Assembly: GCA_951406725.2 (NCBI GenBank)
Contig: OX597814.1
Span: forward strand, 150,288,001 to 150,352,000
Source of the DNA: Octopus vulgaris
Taxonomy: Eukaryota
Direction of reading: 5' to 3'
Length of the DNA stretch: 64,000 bases
Made by a program: the position numbers and the translations under genes
Shown: one piece after another, positions 37,718 to 52,700 of the stretch
How positions within the stretch are numbered: position 1 is the stretch's first letter
How the letters are laid out: each line of letters opens with the position of its first letter
Notes under the pieces: generated by a model
Seen by the model: the letters and a program-made list of their open reading frames with translations, nothing else
Databases searched by the model: none
What the model was told of the DNA's origin: nothing

Positions 37718-40700
37718 GAAGCACTTGCCATTCCCTACATAGAAGACTACACGAAGACACGATGTACATGCATAAATAATGTATATTTAAGAATATAGGC
37801 ATTGATAAATTAATCATAATTCACACATACTTTCTTTTTTCTATTCTATTACATTATTCAATAATATTTCTTTCTTAGATACAAAACAAAAGTATTGTTG
37901 TCTATTTATTTACTGAAATCAATTTATAATTAATATATTGAAAATAAATGTAGTTTTGATAATAGTGATATCTCTGAATATAACATTTCCGTATATGAAG
38001 TAAATCAAATTCTTTTATTGTCTTAAACGTGGAGAAGTGGCTACTTTTCCTGATCAACAGCTGCAAAAGAGTTGCGTTGTGTGGCGAGTGACGTTTTATC
38101 TCAGGAGGAAATTGAAATGATTCGTTGAGTTGAGTAATTTTGTTCTAAACGTTCATCGTGTGATCTTCTATTATTTATCTATTCTGAATTAGCTAATTAC
38201 AATTTCTACAGCATATTTTTTTTCAGCTAGATCAAACTAAATTTGCACATAAAAATATACAATTTTTAGATTTCTTGAATTAGAAACTAGCATAATTCTT
38301 CGATTGTAATTGAAATGAAGAAAGTTAATGAGGAAAAATCTTAATTATTACTTGAAATGAAATATTTGTGAATATGAGCCAAACCAGTTTAAAGGATCTG
38401 CACTAACAAATCAGGCAAGTTATAAAACTAATGAATATAAGGATTTTAAACTGAAGCCATCTATAATTTTATAATATTTTATGATGTTTTATATTTTCAG
38501 ATGCGTTACTATAACATTATTGCGAATCTCTGTCAGAATGTGAAACATTAAATATATTGCTCAAGCGATAACACAGAAATACAATGAAAATTTGTTGTTT
38601 TCAACGTATATTAAATCAATAGCATGCTAGTTTGATGCAACCTGTTATCTTCAATCCTCTGATGAAGTGTAACTTTCCTGGTGTGAAACAGAATTACATA
38701 ACATGTATAATAGTTCTACATGCAATGCCGGTATAAAATTTATTGTGTGAGCAGTTACAGAAAATTGAAGCATTAAATAACTGTTTCAAATTGTAACACA
38801 GGGCCAACATCAGGGTAGGAGTATAGTCGATTACATCGTTCACGGTGTTTGACTGGTACCTTATAATATCGGCTCCGAAGGGATAAAAGTTGACCTCAGC
38901 AGGGTTTGAACTGAGAACGTAAAGAGCTGGAAGAAATGCCGCTAAGTTAAAGTTAAATTGGAAGGGCAACACAACAGACTGGTCAGATTTCTGGCGTAAA
39001 GATCAGTATGTTAATGTCTATAGGAAAACGTGATTGTTAAATGAATCCGAAGTCTGCTCCGAAATTTTCAACCGAGAGACCTCCCTTAACGGCTGCTATG
39101 ATAAAATGAGCAGTGCGTGACGTTTTCAAATGCATTTTAGTTTGTGTATAAAACACTTTACTTCTGTTAAAATATTTGTTTTTCGCTGAAAAGACAGCTT
39201 TGCCATTTTTTTCATCCATTATTTATTTCTTGCTTTATTACTATCTTTATATTATGTTTTCTACAAGACAAAAAGACCATTCGCGAAACATGGCTGTTTT
39301 AAAGCTGTAATACAAAAGAATATCTTCATCTGGTTGAAATGAAAGAGTTAACATTTGTTTGTAAAGATAACGTGTAAACATTATGAGGGTGGTTGGTCGA
39401 CAGCAAATGTATTTCAGTTCATTCATTCTCATCGAGTAAACTTTAAATGTTGAATTATTCGTTTTATTTGGCTGTTTTATGAACGTTTTAATTCTCTGTA
39501 TTTAGTTTGTTTTCATGTACAAGTATTATGAGAATATTTGTATTTTCAGGTGTCTTTCTGTCTTTCTTTGTCGTTATTTCTATTAAATATTTCTCTTATT
39601 CATAGACAAATATTATGTTCGTTTTTTTTCTATTTTCAAGTCTGACAGCTGCTTGTTAGACAACAAAACAGCCAATTGCTGTCTTCATAGTATCTATGTA
39701 TGTAAAAGCAGCTTGAGCAATTTCATATAACATAATCTGCTTTTTATGATATTTTTGTTACTGTTTCTTGATTTCTTCTACTTTTAGTAGATTAATTCTG
39801 CTTTGTCATTTTATATTGGGTTCACCTTGGCGTGGTAATAACAGAGTTATGCAAAAAAGGGACTGACTTACATTGTTGCTTTTATGACTATTTCCACATG
39901 TCAGGCCTCATTCAACTAACATAAGATCAAAGTTACTGTAACCGTGGCCAACCTGTTTCAGAAATTTTGTATCGAGAACTAGATAATTCTTTTGACCTTC
40001 CTTTCATAAGAAGGAAGGCATAATTTGAAGCAGATTTGGTTGTTATTTCTAATAAGTACAGTGAGATCACAGATGCATCTTTATTAACACAAAATCTGCG
40101 GTGTATCACACAGAACAGGACTTAAGTTCAGCAAAAGAAACTATAATAACATTCGATATTTACATGGTGCTCTCTGCCACCAGTACCGCAGTACATCTAT
40201 CTAAGGTTTCGATAGGTTGGTTAGTGATATACAAATATATGAATTTCAAGCTAACCTTTCTACAGTTGCATTGAAAGTCTAGTAATCCCTGTCTGGAGCT
40301 GTAGTTAACTTCCATCTAATTTGAAAAGCAACTTCTCTACAAGAAATAGTAAATTCCCTACATTTTATTATCAAATAAAAGAAGAGAAGCCCGGACCTAA
40401 ATTTAAGAACCATTACCTCTAGCTTAGAAGCATCCCTGTAAAATAATTTGTATTTTCTTTTTCAAATCCTAAAACCTATGCTCTGAACGTTTCCCGATAG
40501 CTCAGCAGTTCAAATGAGGTCATCAAATGGCTCTGCCAAATCGAACACGAAACCCTTCGACCTCGATGTTCTGTCTCTCTCAGCATCTCGGTACTTCCCC
40601 ACCCAGTTGATGAATGACTATTCGACTGCATCGGATCCTCCTATCTGTACTCCCCCGGTTTCACCACATCTAATAATATATCAAGTCGTAGACATGTATT

Positions 40701-41285
40701 TCATTTTTCTTAATCAAAACTTCAAACGAACGCCAGACTCATCCACGAGTTCTAGTCTGATACGTGTACAGGCCATCACTTATACACAGACCCGTTAGAA
40801 CATCTAGCACTCAACACCTACCACTCCTATACCTTCTTTAACAAAATTGTATATGACCACAAAAGATGCAATTCTGGACATCCCAGAGACATTAGTTTCC
40901 TCTCTTTCTCTCGCTCTCCCCTTCTCTTTATCTGTCTTTCCTTTACTCTCAACTTAAAATCACCGAGGAAATGACTTCAACATTAAATTCTACTGGGAAT
41001 TATGTTGCAAACATCTATTCGTCAACTACAGATCAACTTTTCTCATTAGTGCTAAAGCCTGGTGCCAAGAAAAGGCACAGAAGAAACGGCTCAGCGACAA
41101 TCGACAACAGAAACATAACCACGCTAGTCAGTGACCCATCTACAACACAAACACGTGCCTATTTACTCACGTAATGTATCAGTCCCAGTGACTAAAACAC
41201 ACCGAATGTCACACCAACAGTACGATTTGGTCACTAGGTATCCTTATCAAAAGAGTATCTTAAGACAAGCGCATCACCTTTATTA

Positions 41286-41504
41286 ACTCTTTTACTTGTT
41301 TCAGTCATTTGACTGCGGCCATGCTAGAGCACCGCCTTTAGTCGAGCAAATCGACCCCAGGACTTATTCTTTGTAAGCCTAGTACTTATTCTTTCGGTCT
41401 CTTTTGCCGAACCGCTAAGATACGAAGACGTAAACACACCAGCATCGGCTGTCAAGCGATGTTGGGGAGGGGGGACAAACACAGACACACAAACATACAC
41501 ACAA

Positions 41505-41569
<65 letters not shown>

Positions 41570-41739
41570 TATACGACGGGCTTCTTTCAGTTTCCGTCTA
41601 CCAGATCCACTCACAAGGATTTGGTCGGCCCGAGTCTATAGTAGAAGACACTTGCCCAAGATGCCACGCAGTGGGACTGAACCCGGAACCATGTGGTTGG
41701 TAAACAAGCTACCTGCCACACAGTTACTCCTACGCCTAT
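41286..41739 (-). mobile_element. SINE family A copy
   Basis: Reverse complement is colinear with 55942-56400. Other copies or parts lie at ~7490-7695, ~24345-24510, ~29700-30128, ~31520-31643, ~37375-37527, ~44475-44650 and ~53040-53415. Confidence 0.85.
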
Positions 41740-42093
41740 AAAAATAAAATCACAAACAACACAGAAAAATGAATAAAATTAGTGCAGTTTCCATTACAGC
41801 TACAGATCGTAATATTGGTAATCTGTGAGTATTGATATTACGGTATTCCGAATAAAAAAATAAAAAAATATCCAGTCACCAATAGTCTACAATTCATAAA
41901 TAGTTTTTATGAATTACATGACTGAGAAAAGTTATTCCAATTCCTCTCGCTCACATTATTACAATCGGACACGGACGGTTAATAGAGTATAAATTCACAC
42001 CCCTAAATTTCTACTTTTCAAACGTGGTAATTTTAATATGGATTCCATAGACCAACACTTAGATTCGATATGCCAACCAAATGAATAGGTAAC

Positions 42094-42149
<56 letters not shown>

Positions 42150-42548
42150 CCTAAAAGATGTTGTAACGGAGTTTTTAATTTGAAATATCAGGACGAATGA
42201 AATATTTCTATGATATAATTTCAATATTTTTGCTATTAATAGCTTTGATTTTTAACGTTTATTTCGCGTTGCTACTACCTTCTCCCTTACACTCCCACTT
42301 CTCTCTCTCGCTCTCCCTCTTACACACACATACACACACGCACACACAGAGGCACACACAAACACATAAATATGGGGTGTGGTTGAGCTGTTCACTTAGC
42401 TGCAAAATAGCTTCGGGTTTTGATCTCGCTTCGAGCTTAAATGTGCAAGTTTTTACAACAGTGTCACATGCTAACCAAAGTTTTGTGCGTGAACGCCGGT
42501 TATGTGTGTGTGTATGTGTGTATATATATGATGTGTGTGGAGAGTGTG

Positions 42549-42593
<45 letters not shown>

Positions 42594-42660
42594 GTGTGTG
42601 CGTGCGTGTATGTCTATATATGTGCATGCTTGTGTATATATGTGTGTGTACCTGTATGTG

Positions 42661-42691
<31 letters not shown>

Positions 42692-43455
42692 ACATGAATA
42701 TAAATGTGTATATGCTTGTTTTTTGTTTATATTCACACCGGTTCTTAAAATACCATGTTTATGTTGTAACCTTCTGTGTCATCACTCTTAGAGATTCGAC
42801 AGCGATGTATATCAAACCAGGCTGACATAACCACTTGAGATGATTTGATCAATGAAACCCTTGAAGCAGTGCTCCAGTATGGTCGCAATGCAATATATTT
42901 AAACCTGTAAAAATAAGTAAGAATAAAGTTATGTGCACAAGACAACATTGTTTCAGTTGAGAAAAACATCATTAAATATGAATAATTAGATCTAACATTA
43001 ATTAAAACTGATAGAAGACTTAAAATATTCATAGAGTCCGTTTATATAAAAAGACTAGAAATAAGAGCAAATTACTTCAAATTGCTTTGAACAATAGCAA
43101 TTTAACAAAATCCTGAAATAACTGTATTAGGTAAGTAATCGGATAAATATCTTAAGCCATATAATCTCTTCTATTTCTTATAATATAATTACACTGACGC
43201 TGTAACTAAGTTACGGTTAATACATTTAAGAGAGTGATTCGAAACAAGTTAGCTGGAAATAACTACGTATCGAGGAAAAACTATTAATCGATGACTGATA
43301 TTTTCATTTCTTTTGGGTAGTACGGGAGACAGTTCGATCACGTTTTAGTATTATTCTGCCCTCCGCGGCGAAGGTTATGCTTCACTGATGGGATGAAGTA
43401 AATCATTAGGCTCAGGCATAATCTTGTGTTTAAGACGATTGTTTAGTTAGAATAT

Positions 43456-44316
43456 ACATGGTCTGATCAATAAGTATCCGGACAGTTGCCATAGTAACGA
43501 AGCTAAAGGACGCAGAGGGAAGTCACTTGACACAGATTGACCTTGAAACCCTGCTGTGCATGCGCACAGTTTTAACGTTCTATCCAGCTTCCGCTGTTTA
43601 CAGCAGTGCTTGGAAGGAACGTGTGTAGCGTGTGATCGTTGCACTGGTCATGAATCTGCATCCAATTTAGCCAAAAGCTTGGCGATACCTGCTCAGCAGC
43701 CTACTCAAAGTTGCAGAAAGTATATGGAGAGGAGTGTGTGAGCCGAAAACATGTCAATAGCGACGAACATTTTGGGAGGCCTGCAAGCAACAGAATTGAG
43801 AAAAACGTCGTAGATGCGCGAGCAGCTGTGAGGAGAAATCGTCGAATCACCATCCATGAGTTATTAGAGGATGTGCAGATTAGTTACGGTTCAGTTCAGT
43901 TCATTATCACGAAAAATTTGCGTACGAGACGTGTGTCTGCCAAGTTTGTGTCAAATCTGCTATCAGCTGTCATTGTACCCACCCATTCAGCGCAGCAGTT
44001 TTTGGCTAAACACAGCATTCCCTAGGTCCGACAGCCACCGTATTGCCCAGATCTCACCTCTTGCGACTTTTTCCTCTTACCAAAAATCAAATCCCGCTTG
44101 AAAGGAAGAAGGTTTTAGGACGTCGAGGAAATCAAAGTGATCGCGACGAGCCAGCTGCTGATTATCCCCGAAAACGAATTCCAGTAACGCTTCCATCAAT
44201 GGAAACAGCGCTAGATTAAGTGTGTGGCTTCCGAAGGAGATTAAATGTCAAATTGGTACGTGCTGTAGTTTTGTTTTTATAGCCCTAGACCGGACACTTA
44301 TTGATCAGGTCTCGTA
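43456..44316 (+). mobile_element. Internally deleted mariner element of the same family as 9547-10414
   Basis: TIRs are TACATGGTCTGATCAATAAGTATCCGG and CCGGACACTTATTGATCAGGTCTCGTA. Remnants include RRVSAKFV and QPPYCPDLTSCDFFLLPKIKSRLKGRRF (YSPDLAPCD-like). Confidence 0.88.
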
Positions 44317-45801
44317 GTTTTCAGTTTTATTTCACTTTGGGAGACCATTGACAAATGATTCCTTGAATTGATTAATATCATGCGAGTAGTATTTCTTGGA
44401 CGGAGACTATTAGGAAACTCAACATGCATGTATTCACATACATTCGTACGTATATGATTTATTATCTTTTTATCTACTTCTTTCAGTCACTTGACTGCAG
44501 CCATGCTAGGACACCGCCTGGACGGGTTTTCGTCGAACAAATCGACCCCAGGATTTATTTGTTTATTTTTTAAAGTCTAGTGCTTATTCTATAGCCCTAT
44601 TTTGCCGAACCACCAATTTACAAAGACGTAAACACTGCAACACCGGTTTGTTTCGCAGCCATGACCGGACATATATATGTGTGCTTCTTTTGAACTGTCA
44701 ATGGTTATATAGATGTGTGTGTGTGTTTTTGGGGGAAACTCTAAGCATATAAAGCTAGAAATAATAGCATGCACATATTGGATTAAAAACCGGTTTCGGG
44801 TTTCGATAGAAAAAGTCGGTGGTTGCCCGTGGGACGCGAACACGGGCTGTTTTTTTCCCCTTATTTCTATCTAAAAAGAGTTTGCAAACCTAATATTTAC
44901 ATGCTATTATTTATAACTTTATATGTACTTCGAGATTCAATTCCAAAACAGAATTATTTCATATTCTCTCAAAAATTTATTAATATTTATGGCGTTAAAT
45001 TAGAGTTAAGATATGTAATGCAGGCATCATCATAAAGCTAACTTTATATAACTATGCCATGAGAAAAGAAAGCAATATTACTGAATCATTAATATTATTC
45101 TTTATATATCGGCTAGTACAGGAAACAATTCGGTTTTACCAAGAATTGCCAAACTAATAATATGACAACAACCTCTTTCATATATCACACAGTTTAATAA
45201 CTATTCCTTAATCTGTAGGCCTATCTGCTTAAGCTGTATATATAATCTTTGACATGACTCCAACGATGTCAGTTATTTGTATTATTCAGTAATGGTTTGG
45301 GCAAAATTTCCTTACTTGGAGATCGATACTACTTAGCCAAAAAGCGTATGATAACGCAGCGCGTTATATACACTTGTGAGTATCTGTGCGCTCGTTCAAC
45401 CTATTGAAAATATGTCAAACCACACAATATTGTCTTAAAACACAGAAAAAAATGGATAATGTACTTCTGGATACACTATGCTTAAGAAAAAGGAAAAAAA
45501 CTGGTAGGGTTAAATGCTTTTGATCATATATATCTCTTGAACCGAAAACTGGCCATGAGTTAAACAGCAATAACAACACCAACAGCAATATTCCGAACCT
45601 GTGAAGCATGCCGTTAGTGAATGATAGTTAACTGGTCAACACGTATTCCATTTGTTTAGCTGTAATGTTTCAACAACGCGCATAACTGAAATGTATTTTA
45701 ATTCCACATGCATGCCCGTGCACACATACATACTCACACACTCATAAACACGTACGCACATGTATTCGTCTAACATAAATGATACATAAATATTACTAAG
45801 C

Positions 45802-46030
45802 AAGGCGGCAAGCTGGCAGAAACGTTAGCACGCCGGGCGAAATGCGTAGCCGTATTTCGTCTGCCGTTACGTTCTGAGTTCAAATTCCGCCGAGGTCGAC
45901 TTTGCCTTTCATCCTTTCGGGGTCGATAAATTAAGTATCAGTTACGCACTGGGGTTGATGTAATCGACTAAATCTGTTTGTCCTTGTTTGTCCCCTCTAT
46001 GTTTACCTCCTTGTGGGTAATAAAGAAACA
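45802..46030 (+). mobile_element. Young tRNA-derived SINE (family B) with a 21-bp target-site duplication
   Basis: TSD GATACATAAATATTACTAAGC at 45781-45801 and 46031-46051. It has a B-box-like GAGTTCAAATTCC and the central domain GTCGACTTTGCCTTTCATCCTTTCGGGGTCGATAAA. Decayed relatives lie at ~11495, ~12600, ~12792-13362, ~14790-15382, ~38780, ~49770 and ~62650. Confidence 0.9.
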
Positions 46031-46414
46031 GATACATAAATATTACTAAGCTCACTCTTAATAATTATTCCAGTAAGCTACGCACACCACCTACAACTTA
46101 TTAAAACAGTGCCATACAACATCATTAGATGAGAGGACACTTCAGTGTATTCCTCATATTACGTTGTGAGTTACATTTAACCAAGAACAATAACCATGCT
46201 GGAAATTTGAGCTTAAAGTACACCGAATATTGCAATTCTTGCATGCTGGTTCTAAAACAATACAGTTAACATTCAAATTTACATAATCGTTTTCCAATTA
46301 AACATACTTTAAATTATAAACCATATGAATAAGTTCACAGTATCAAGCTCACTTGAACTGCTTCGGTTATTTCCTTTTATTCCTCACACCTTGTTACTAC
46401 AAATATATGACAAA

Positions 46415-47109
46415 CTAGCTGAGGTATCCGGTAATAAATTACCATTAATAAGACGTCTGTTTATAGCCATGAAACATTTTTCGTTGAATTTCGGCATTTT
46501 TCAAAATTTAAAATCTGTATTAATGGGTAGGACCAATTTGACGAAAAAAATTAGCAGAGTCTGGTAGCGAACTCGTGTCGTCGTCACTTTTGTGCATGTG
46601 CGTAAAATGGTGAAATTTTACGCTTTGGGGCAGATTTCCTCAAATTGATGTCAAGACAGCTAGTGCGCAAGATGCATAAATTTTGCTTGAGAAATAAAAT
46701 GTTCATACCTAATCAAAATTTGCACCGCTGGGGAATTAAAACAACGAATTGAAATAAGTTTTAGCAAATCAAAACAATTCGCATGGGAACGAAGAATTAG
46801 CAATTGCTAAATAGATTACCATTAATAAGCTATCTGTTTAAACCCATGAAACATTTTTCGTCAAATTTCGGCATTTTTCGTCAAATTGATATCATGATGG
46901 CTAGTGCGGAAAATGTTGAAATTTTACGATTTTGAAAAATTAATGCTGATTAAAAAATCAATTTTTTTAAAGATTCCAAGTGCGTAAGTGACCGCATGGG
47001 TATTAGCCCCCCACACGTGTCCAATTTCATCAAGGTCTCTTGGATAGTGCTCGGAAGAGTTAAAGTAACAAATTCACAAACACACAAACTTGCCATTTAT
47101 TATTAAAGA
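46415..47109 (-). mobile_element. Non-autonomous Helitron-like element
   Basis: On the minus strand it begins A|TCTTTAATAATAAATGG and ends CTAG|T. An internal ~60-bp direct repeat occurs at 46441-46500 and ~46818-46878. A clear 3' hairpin is not visible. Confidence 0.6.
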
Positions 47110-49149
47110 TGATCATTCAATTCACCTCCAACCAACTGATCATCATCCTTCTATCTCTTACAGCCGTCAGTGAAATAGGGACAAAAATCACCTTCGCAAA
47201 TTTCAAAATTCTCATAGGGAAACACTTTTGATGAAAGACAAAATTATAGTTCACAGAATTCAGTAGCAACAAAACCACAAACAAAAATACACTGCACACA
47301 ATATATTTGTTCCACAGTCATGACGTCCTGAGTATGAGTTTACTCTGTTTCTTCTCAGAAAAGTATTTATCAACATTGCCTCGGGGCAGCCTCAACTTGT
47401 GAGTGAAATTCAGTTGACAGAAACTGCATAGAAGTCTGTTGGAGAAAGTGGACCTGTAATTCAAAGAGAATTACGTTAGGTGCCTGTGAAATGTTCACCC
47501 ACTTATACGCTAATTCAACGAACTAGTAGTTTAATTCATTGACGGTGATCCATTTTTCACTTAGCATATTCTTAAAAAAGCAACATATTTCGAATTTATG
47601 GAAGAATCAGAGGAAGTAGAGCGGTAACTTGTGGGCCCTTTTAAAAACTTCTGAGATTACTGGAAGAAAAGAAGAAAAAAATCACGGGACAAAATTCTCT
47701 TCAGATCAAGGACCTGATCTGCATACTTGTGATTACGTGGTATTTACTAAAGAAATCAAAACATTATTATTAGTCTCAAGCCGTGTGACGGGTGAGATAT
47801 ACCAAGTTTAAAAAGTGGAAACAATTCATTTGATGAAATTCAGAACAGTTTCCCTCTACCTCATACCACGCACAAAACACATGTAGAACCTAGGCTATGG
47901 TTGCAGATGGTTACTCATGGATTTTGCTGTGAGATCGAAACCGGAACCTCAAGATTGCATAAAGAACCTCTTGTCCAGACGGCAATCGTACTCTGTCCAG
48001 TTAAACTAAAATCACACATCACAACTGAAATAGCCAACGTAATGGAATCTGAGGACAGTATCAGACCAGACAATATGAGCGACGCACAATCAACATAAAT
48101 AATCCTCAACGTGATGCAGCAAATCAAAGAAAAGAATGAACTGACACATATTTGCTGTATCCAACCTAAATCACAATGCAAGCTTCAAAAACACCGCACA
48201 AAGTAATTCACTGAATGAATAACTCTAACTATAACCACACTACTTCACGTTAACTTATTTGTACACCGACTGTGTTCTGAAAGTTAGTTATTCTAAAATC
48301 ACTCACCTACAAAACAATACAAAGAAAGCAGAAACAAAAAACTATATTTTTTCCATCCTGATTATGACACAGACCCTAATGTTCTATCAAATAACAAAAC
48401 AAAAAAAAGAAGAAAAAATGAAATTTCCAAATGCCAAAATTCTCCGGTTGCAATAAAACCGAAAAACATGCTTTGTGTGCTAAAATTCAACTTTACCATC
48501 TTAAAACAGCAATGCTGTGGGCTAAGACTACGCGCCTTTATTGGTCAGTTAAATTTGAGACAGTGTCACGTGACAACTTGCTGAGGCTGCCTGCTGGAGC
48601 CTACGGCAGGTATTTAAAGGGGAAATATTTGACAAGTCAGGCAGTCGCCAGCTGACACTCGTTGACGCTACATCGAAGAGGCCAGGGAATAGAAGAAAGA
48701 AGACATGCACCCAACACCAGAGCTGAAGACACCTCCGAAAGGGGGGGGGGGGGGGGCGCCACGTCAAAACGGTAGAGGAATAGGGGCCGAAACCGGACGT
48801 GGTTCCTCCTGATGATGTCTTGAGCTAACTGGATCCTATAAAGGAGCTGTTGTGGTAACAGACCACGAAACACGGTTGTAAATCCTTCCTTGGAAAGTGC
48901 AGTTTTAGACACGTTATGAAAATTGAAGAGATGTTCGTCGCTCAGACAGTGTTATCCTCGAATAAAACAACAGTTCTCATAATCTGGAGACTAAGTAAAG
49001 TAAGAGTAATTTCGAAAATCAAATGAAAGCAGACTCAAACCACCTCCTCACCCTTCAGCACATATCGTAAAATATCTTAGGGAAAGTCATTGTTAACGCC
49101 ATAACCTATTTATTCATCTTTCTAGCTCGCAATATGAATTCAGCATATT

Positions 49150-49750
49150 ACAGTCATTCATCACACTTCATAAATCTTACACAAATATAATATGGCTGTT
49201 TGGCTGTTTCAGTAGCAAACTCACTCTCATAATCTTCCTGAACAACATCAGCATCAGCAAAGCATTTGACTACATTGCATCCCACTACACAAAGTATTCT
49301 TCACACTAATCCCAAACTCTCAAGTTACTACGAATATGCAGAATGCAATAATAGCAAATTAAGAATATGTAATTTCTCAAACTGTGTGCTCTAAGAATCT
49401 ACTCACTCATCCGCTTTTAGCAATTTATGACTCAACAGTGAATATATACAGATGACATTGCAGTTACTGACTCTTACCATTTCTAACCATACAGTTGTAC
49501 TTAGAAGCCTAATTACAAAAATATTAACTAAAAATGGCCATCTATCAAATCCGGACTTTCACATACTACCTGTAATGGAGACAAGCAATCAACAGATTCA
49601 GTAAACTACGTAAACTACAGCAAACACGTAATGCAAGAATACGAAGAATTACATCACGTTTATTACAAACGATGCAATGGCATACTTGGAACTAAATATT
49701 CGCAAACACATTTGGTCAGAACAGAGAAGCAACAATATTAATATATGAAC
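49150..49750 (+). pseudogene. Very decayed non-LTR reverse transcriptase fossil
   Basis: ISKAFD-like (~49253-49270) and YTDDIAV-like (~49446-49466) motifs occur in the expected order. Confidence 0.4.
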
Positions 49751-52700
49751 AGGTACTATATACATCATGGGCCACAAGCTGGTACAATCGTCAGTGTGAT
49801 GAGTAAAACGCTTAGCGGCCTTACTTCCGGTTCTTTACGTTCTGGTACAAATCCCACTGTGGTCGACTTTGCCTTTCATCCTTTTGAGGTCAATAAAATA
49901 TAGTACCCATCAAGTTCTGGGGGTCGATGTAGACGACTAAGCCCACCCCCTTAAAACAGCTGTCCTTCTGCCAAAATTTAAAACCATTATGTCATGAATC
50001 AACCTGCCTATAGTGCCTATCTCACCACGAATTATAAAGGATACGCGATAAAATCCATCAAAATATTTTTTAATGTATCATGACATGTGTAAAACCATTT
50101 TTTTTTCACTGCATCACGTTTCAATTCTCAATCTAAGCTAATACATCTAAAGCCACCTACAACAGAGGATGTAAACTACGGCCCACATATGAAATTCAGG
50201 TCATAGCTTCATTTACCTACTTCGGGCTACCAACTTTAAAAACGTGATGTTGCATATAAACATTCTTTATTTCTATTTTCTTTATCTATCCATGTTGTCC
50301 AATAATTAAATTCAGTATCGAAACAATAAAATTCTTATTTTTCTGTGACTTCTTGTGAACCAATGTTTTATATTAATACAAAAGGAAACAAAAGAAGATA
50401 AAATTCTTTCACTTGGTAAAAACTGACAGTATCTTCAGGCGCAACAGTTTAAGCAGTAAAAGCTTTCATTTTCTTGCAAATGAATCCAACATCAGCGACT
50501 AAACCTCTCATACGTTGTCGCAATATAGCTTACATGACTAATCGATTCTAAGAAAAAAGACACGGTAAAAATACTTGAGGAAAGTGTGTTGGGCTGTATC
50601 ACTTTCATCCCGAAGCCACACTCTCCCCTGTTCAGCCTAACTAAAGATGCTTTAAATTTTTGCTGCATTCAGAGACATAGATAGCATATATTTGCATTTT
50701 ACATTAACTGAGTGGCAATTCATTTATTACAATAAATGACGTTTAAAAATAATAAGTTGTTTCTAAAAACTTCTGTAACCAGAGCTCTCTAACTTTGACC
50801 CACTATGCATAAAAATGCATTTCAAATTTGGTTAACTCGAAAAAGAAAAGTCATGATCCCTGATCAACAGCAAGTATCTACACTTATTTTCCTAATATAA
50901 CGCCGTTCTAAAAACATTTTATCCATGCAATCCAGAATAGCGGCAAGATCAATAGCCTTATCTTTATTCTGTACGCACCATCATGCATACATATGTACAT
51001 AACGTACATATATACGCACATAACATACATACATACATACATACATACATACATACATACATACATACATACATACATACATGCATACATACATACACAC
51101 GTACATACACACAAATACTTAAGTGACAATCTGGAAAAGCTGGGATTTTCAGAAAAATTAATCAATCAGCAGATCACAAATACAATTTATAAGCGGAACA
51201 GTAGAAATATGCAAGACTTTTCTCAAGTTCTAAATGTAAATTTATTTATGTTATCTACATTCCAACGATGAAACTTTATGCCTTTGTTAGAAACCCCCTT
51301 CTTCTTTACAGGAAGCTTTCAAATAATTTAAAACAGACGACATACACACGTACATACATATATACAATGATATATCAACTGTTGATAGACAGCGACTGTC
51401 CCCAACAAAACAAAGACGAAGTTATTGCATTCTACAAGTGAATAATATTGTTACTCCAAAATCGCCAAGTATCCCTGATAATTTCTTTGATATATAGCAG
51501 AGATAAAATTGTATCACAAAGACTGTTTTCTCTTCAGTGTCTGAAAATATTTTAGCACTGACACGCTAATTTTCGTGCATACTCCATAGAGTTCAACTGA
51601 GACCCACATACACATTCAGGACCGCATCCACAAAGAAATCCATTCGCCTAATTCACAAAAAAGTCTCATTCCAACATGCATCACAGACCCCCACAGACCC
51701 GTTATTGTAGTGTTTCTCACGATTTCTGTGACTACAAAGCTTTCAGTTCGCCAGAAATAACTTGATGCTACCTTTACGAAGACTTCCTCAATACGCATCT
51801 TATCAGCTTTATTCTCTCACCTCCAGAACAAGCATAAACCATATTACACTTTCCTTCTCCCTAATACTGAAATTACATTTGCCTCCTCATAAATGTTAGC
51901 CTGCAGATATTGTTCAGTATTGAAGAGCCCTGCAAAGATAATGATCTCTGCTCTTTTCCTTATGAGTAACTTCCAAACTATTCGACAGCTTTTCCTTCAA
52001 ACTCCATGATTAAGAATTTGCAAAGCTGGCGTCAGATTGAAAATAGAGAAAAATGCAATCTCATCTAATTTGATTCATTATTAATTACTCCCCAGTTAAC
52101 TGGTATATGCATCTAAATAGCATATGAAATTGACTTAATGAGCAGAGTCATCCAGGCAAAGTTGACAGCAAAATTCTTTAGGCGTTGTTTAATTCTAATT
52201 ACTGCAACCTGTCTATGATAATACAATGTCAATAATTACAAATAACCCCGCACAGTAGAAACTCAGGAATGCATATCTGAAAGATAGACGAACATAAATG
52301 TAATTGTGATTTATTCTCATTGGAAAATTTGCTTAGATATATCCACCACATATGAAATAGTAATCACTAGGAAAGAAAGCAGTGTTTGGTGATGGGCTTA
52401 CAGATAATTTATACTTTAATTAACAGAAAATTGGTAAATAATGCTCTTTCTGTGTTTTCTTATTTCGTTTTTAATATGATATATGCTATATACGGAATGC
52501 AGCATTTAGCACAAATTCGAATTATCATAACTATGACTGCTTATTTGGCAATCGGTTGCCATAATAACAAACAATTTTTACTTTGTTATCGCTTTTTTTT
52601 CTAAATACTGATAACCTCGATAGAATGTGACCGGTCTATTATATAGTAGTTAAAGCAATTATTCTTAACAGTAATTTTGATGTTTTGACGTGGGACCAAA

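Noticed and set aside
44754-44860. CTAG plus a CCCGTG/CACGGG hairpin as a Helitron end
   Set aside because: The spacing is atypical and I could not identify a matching other end.
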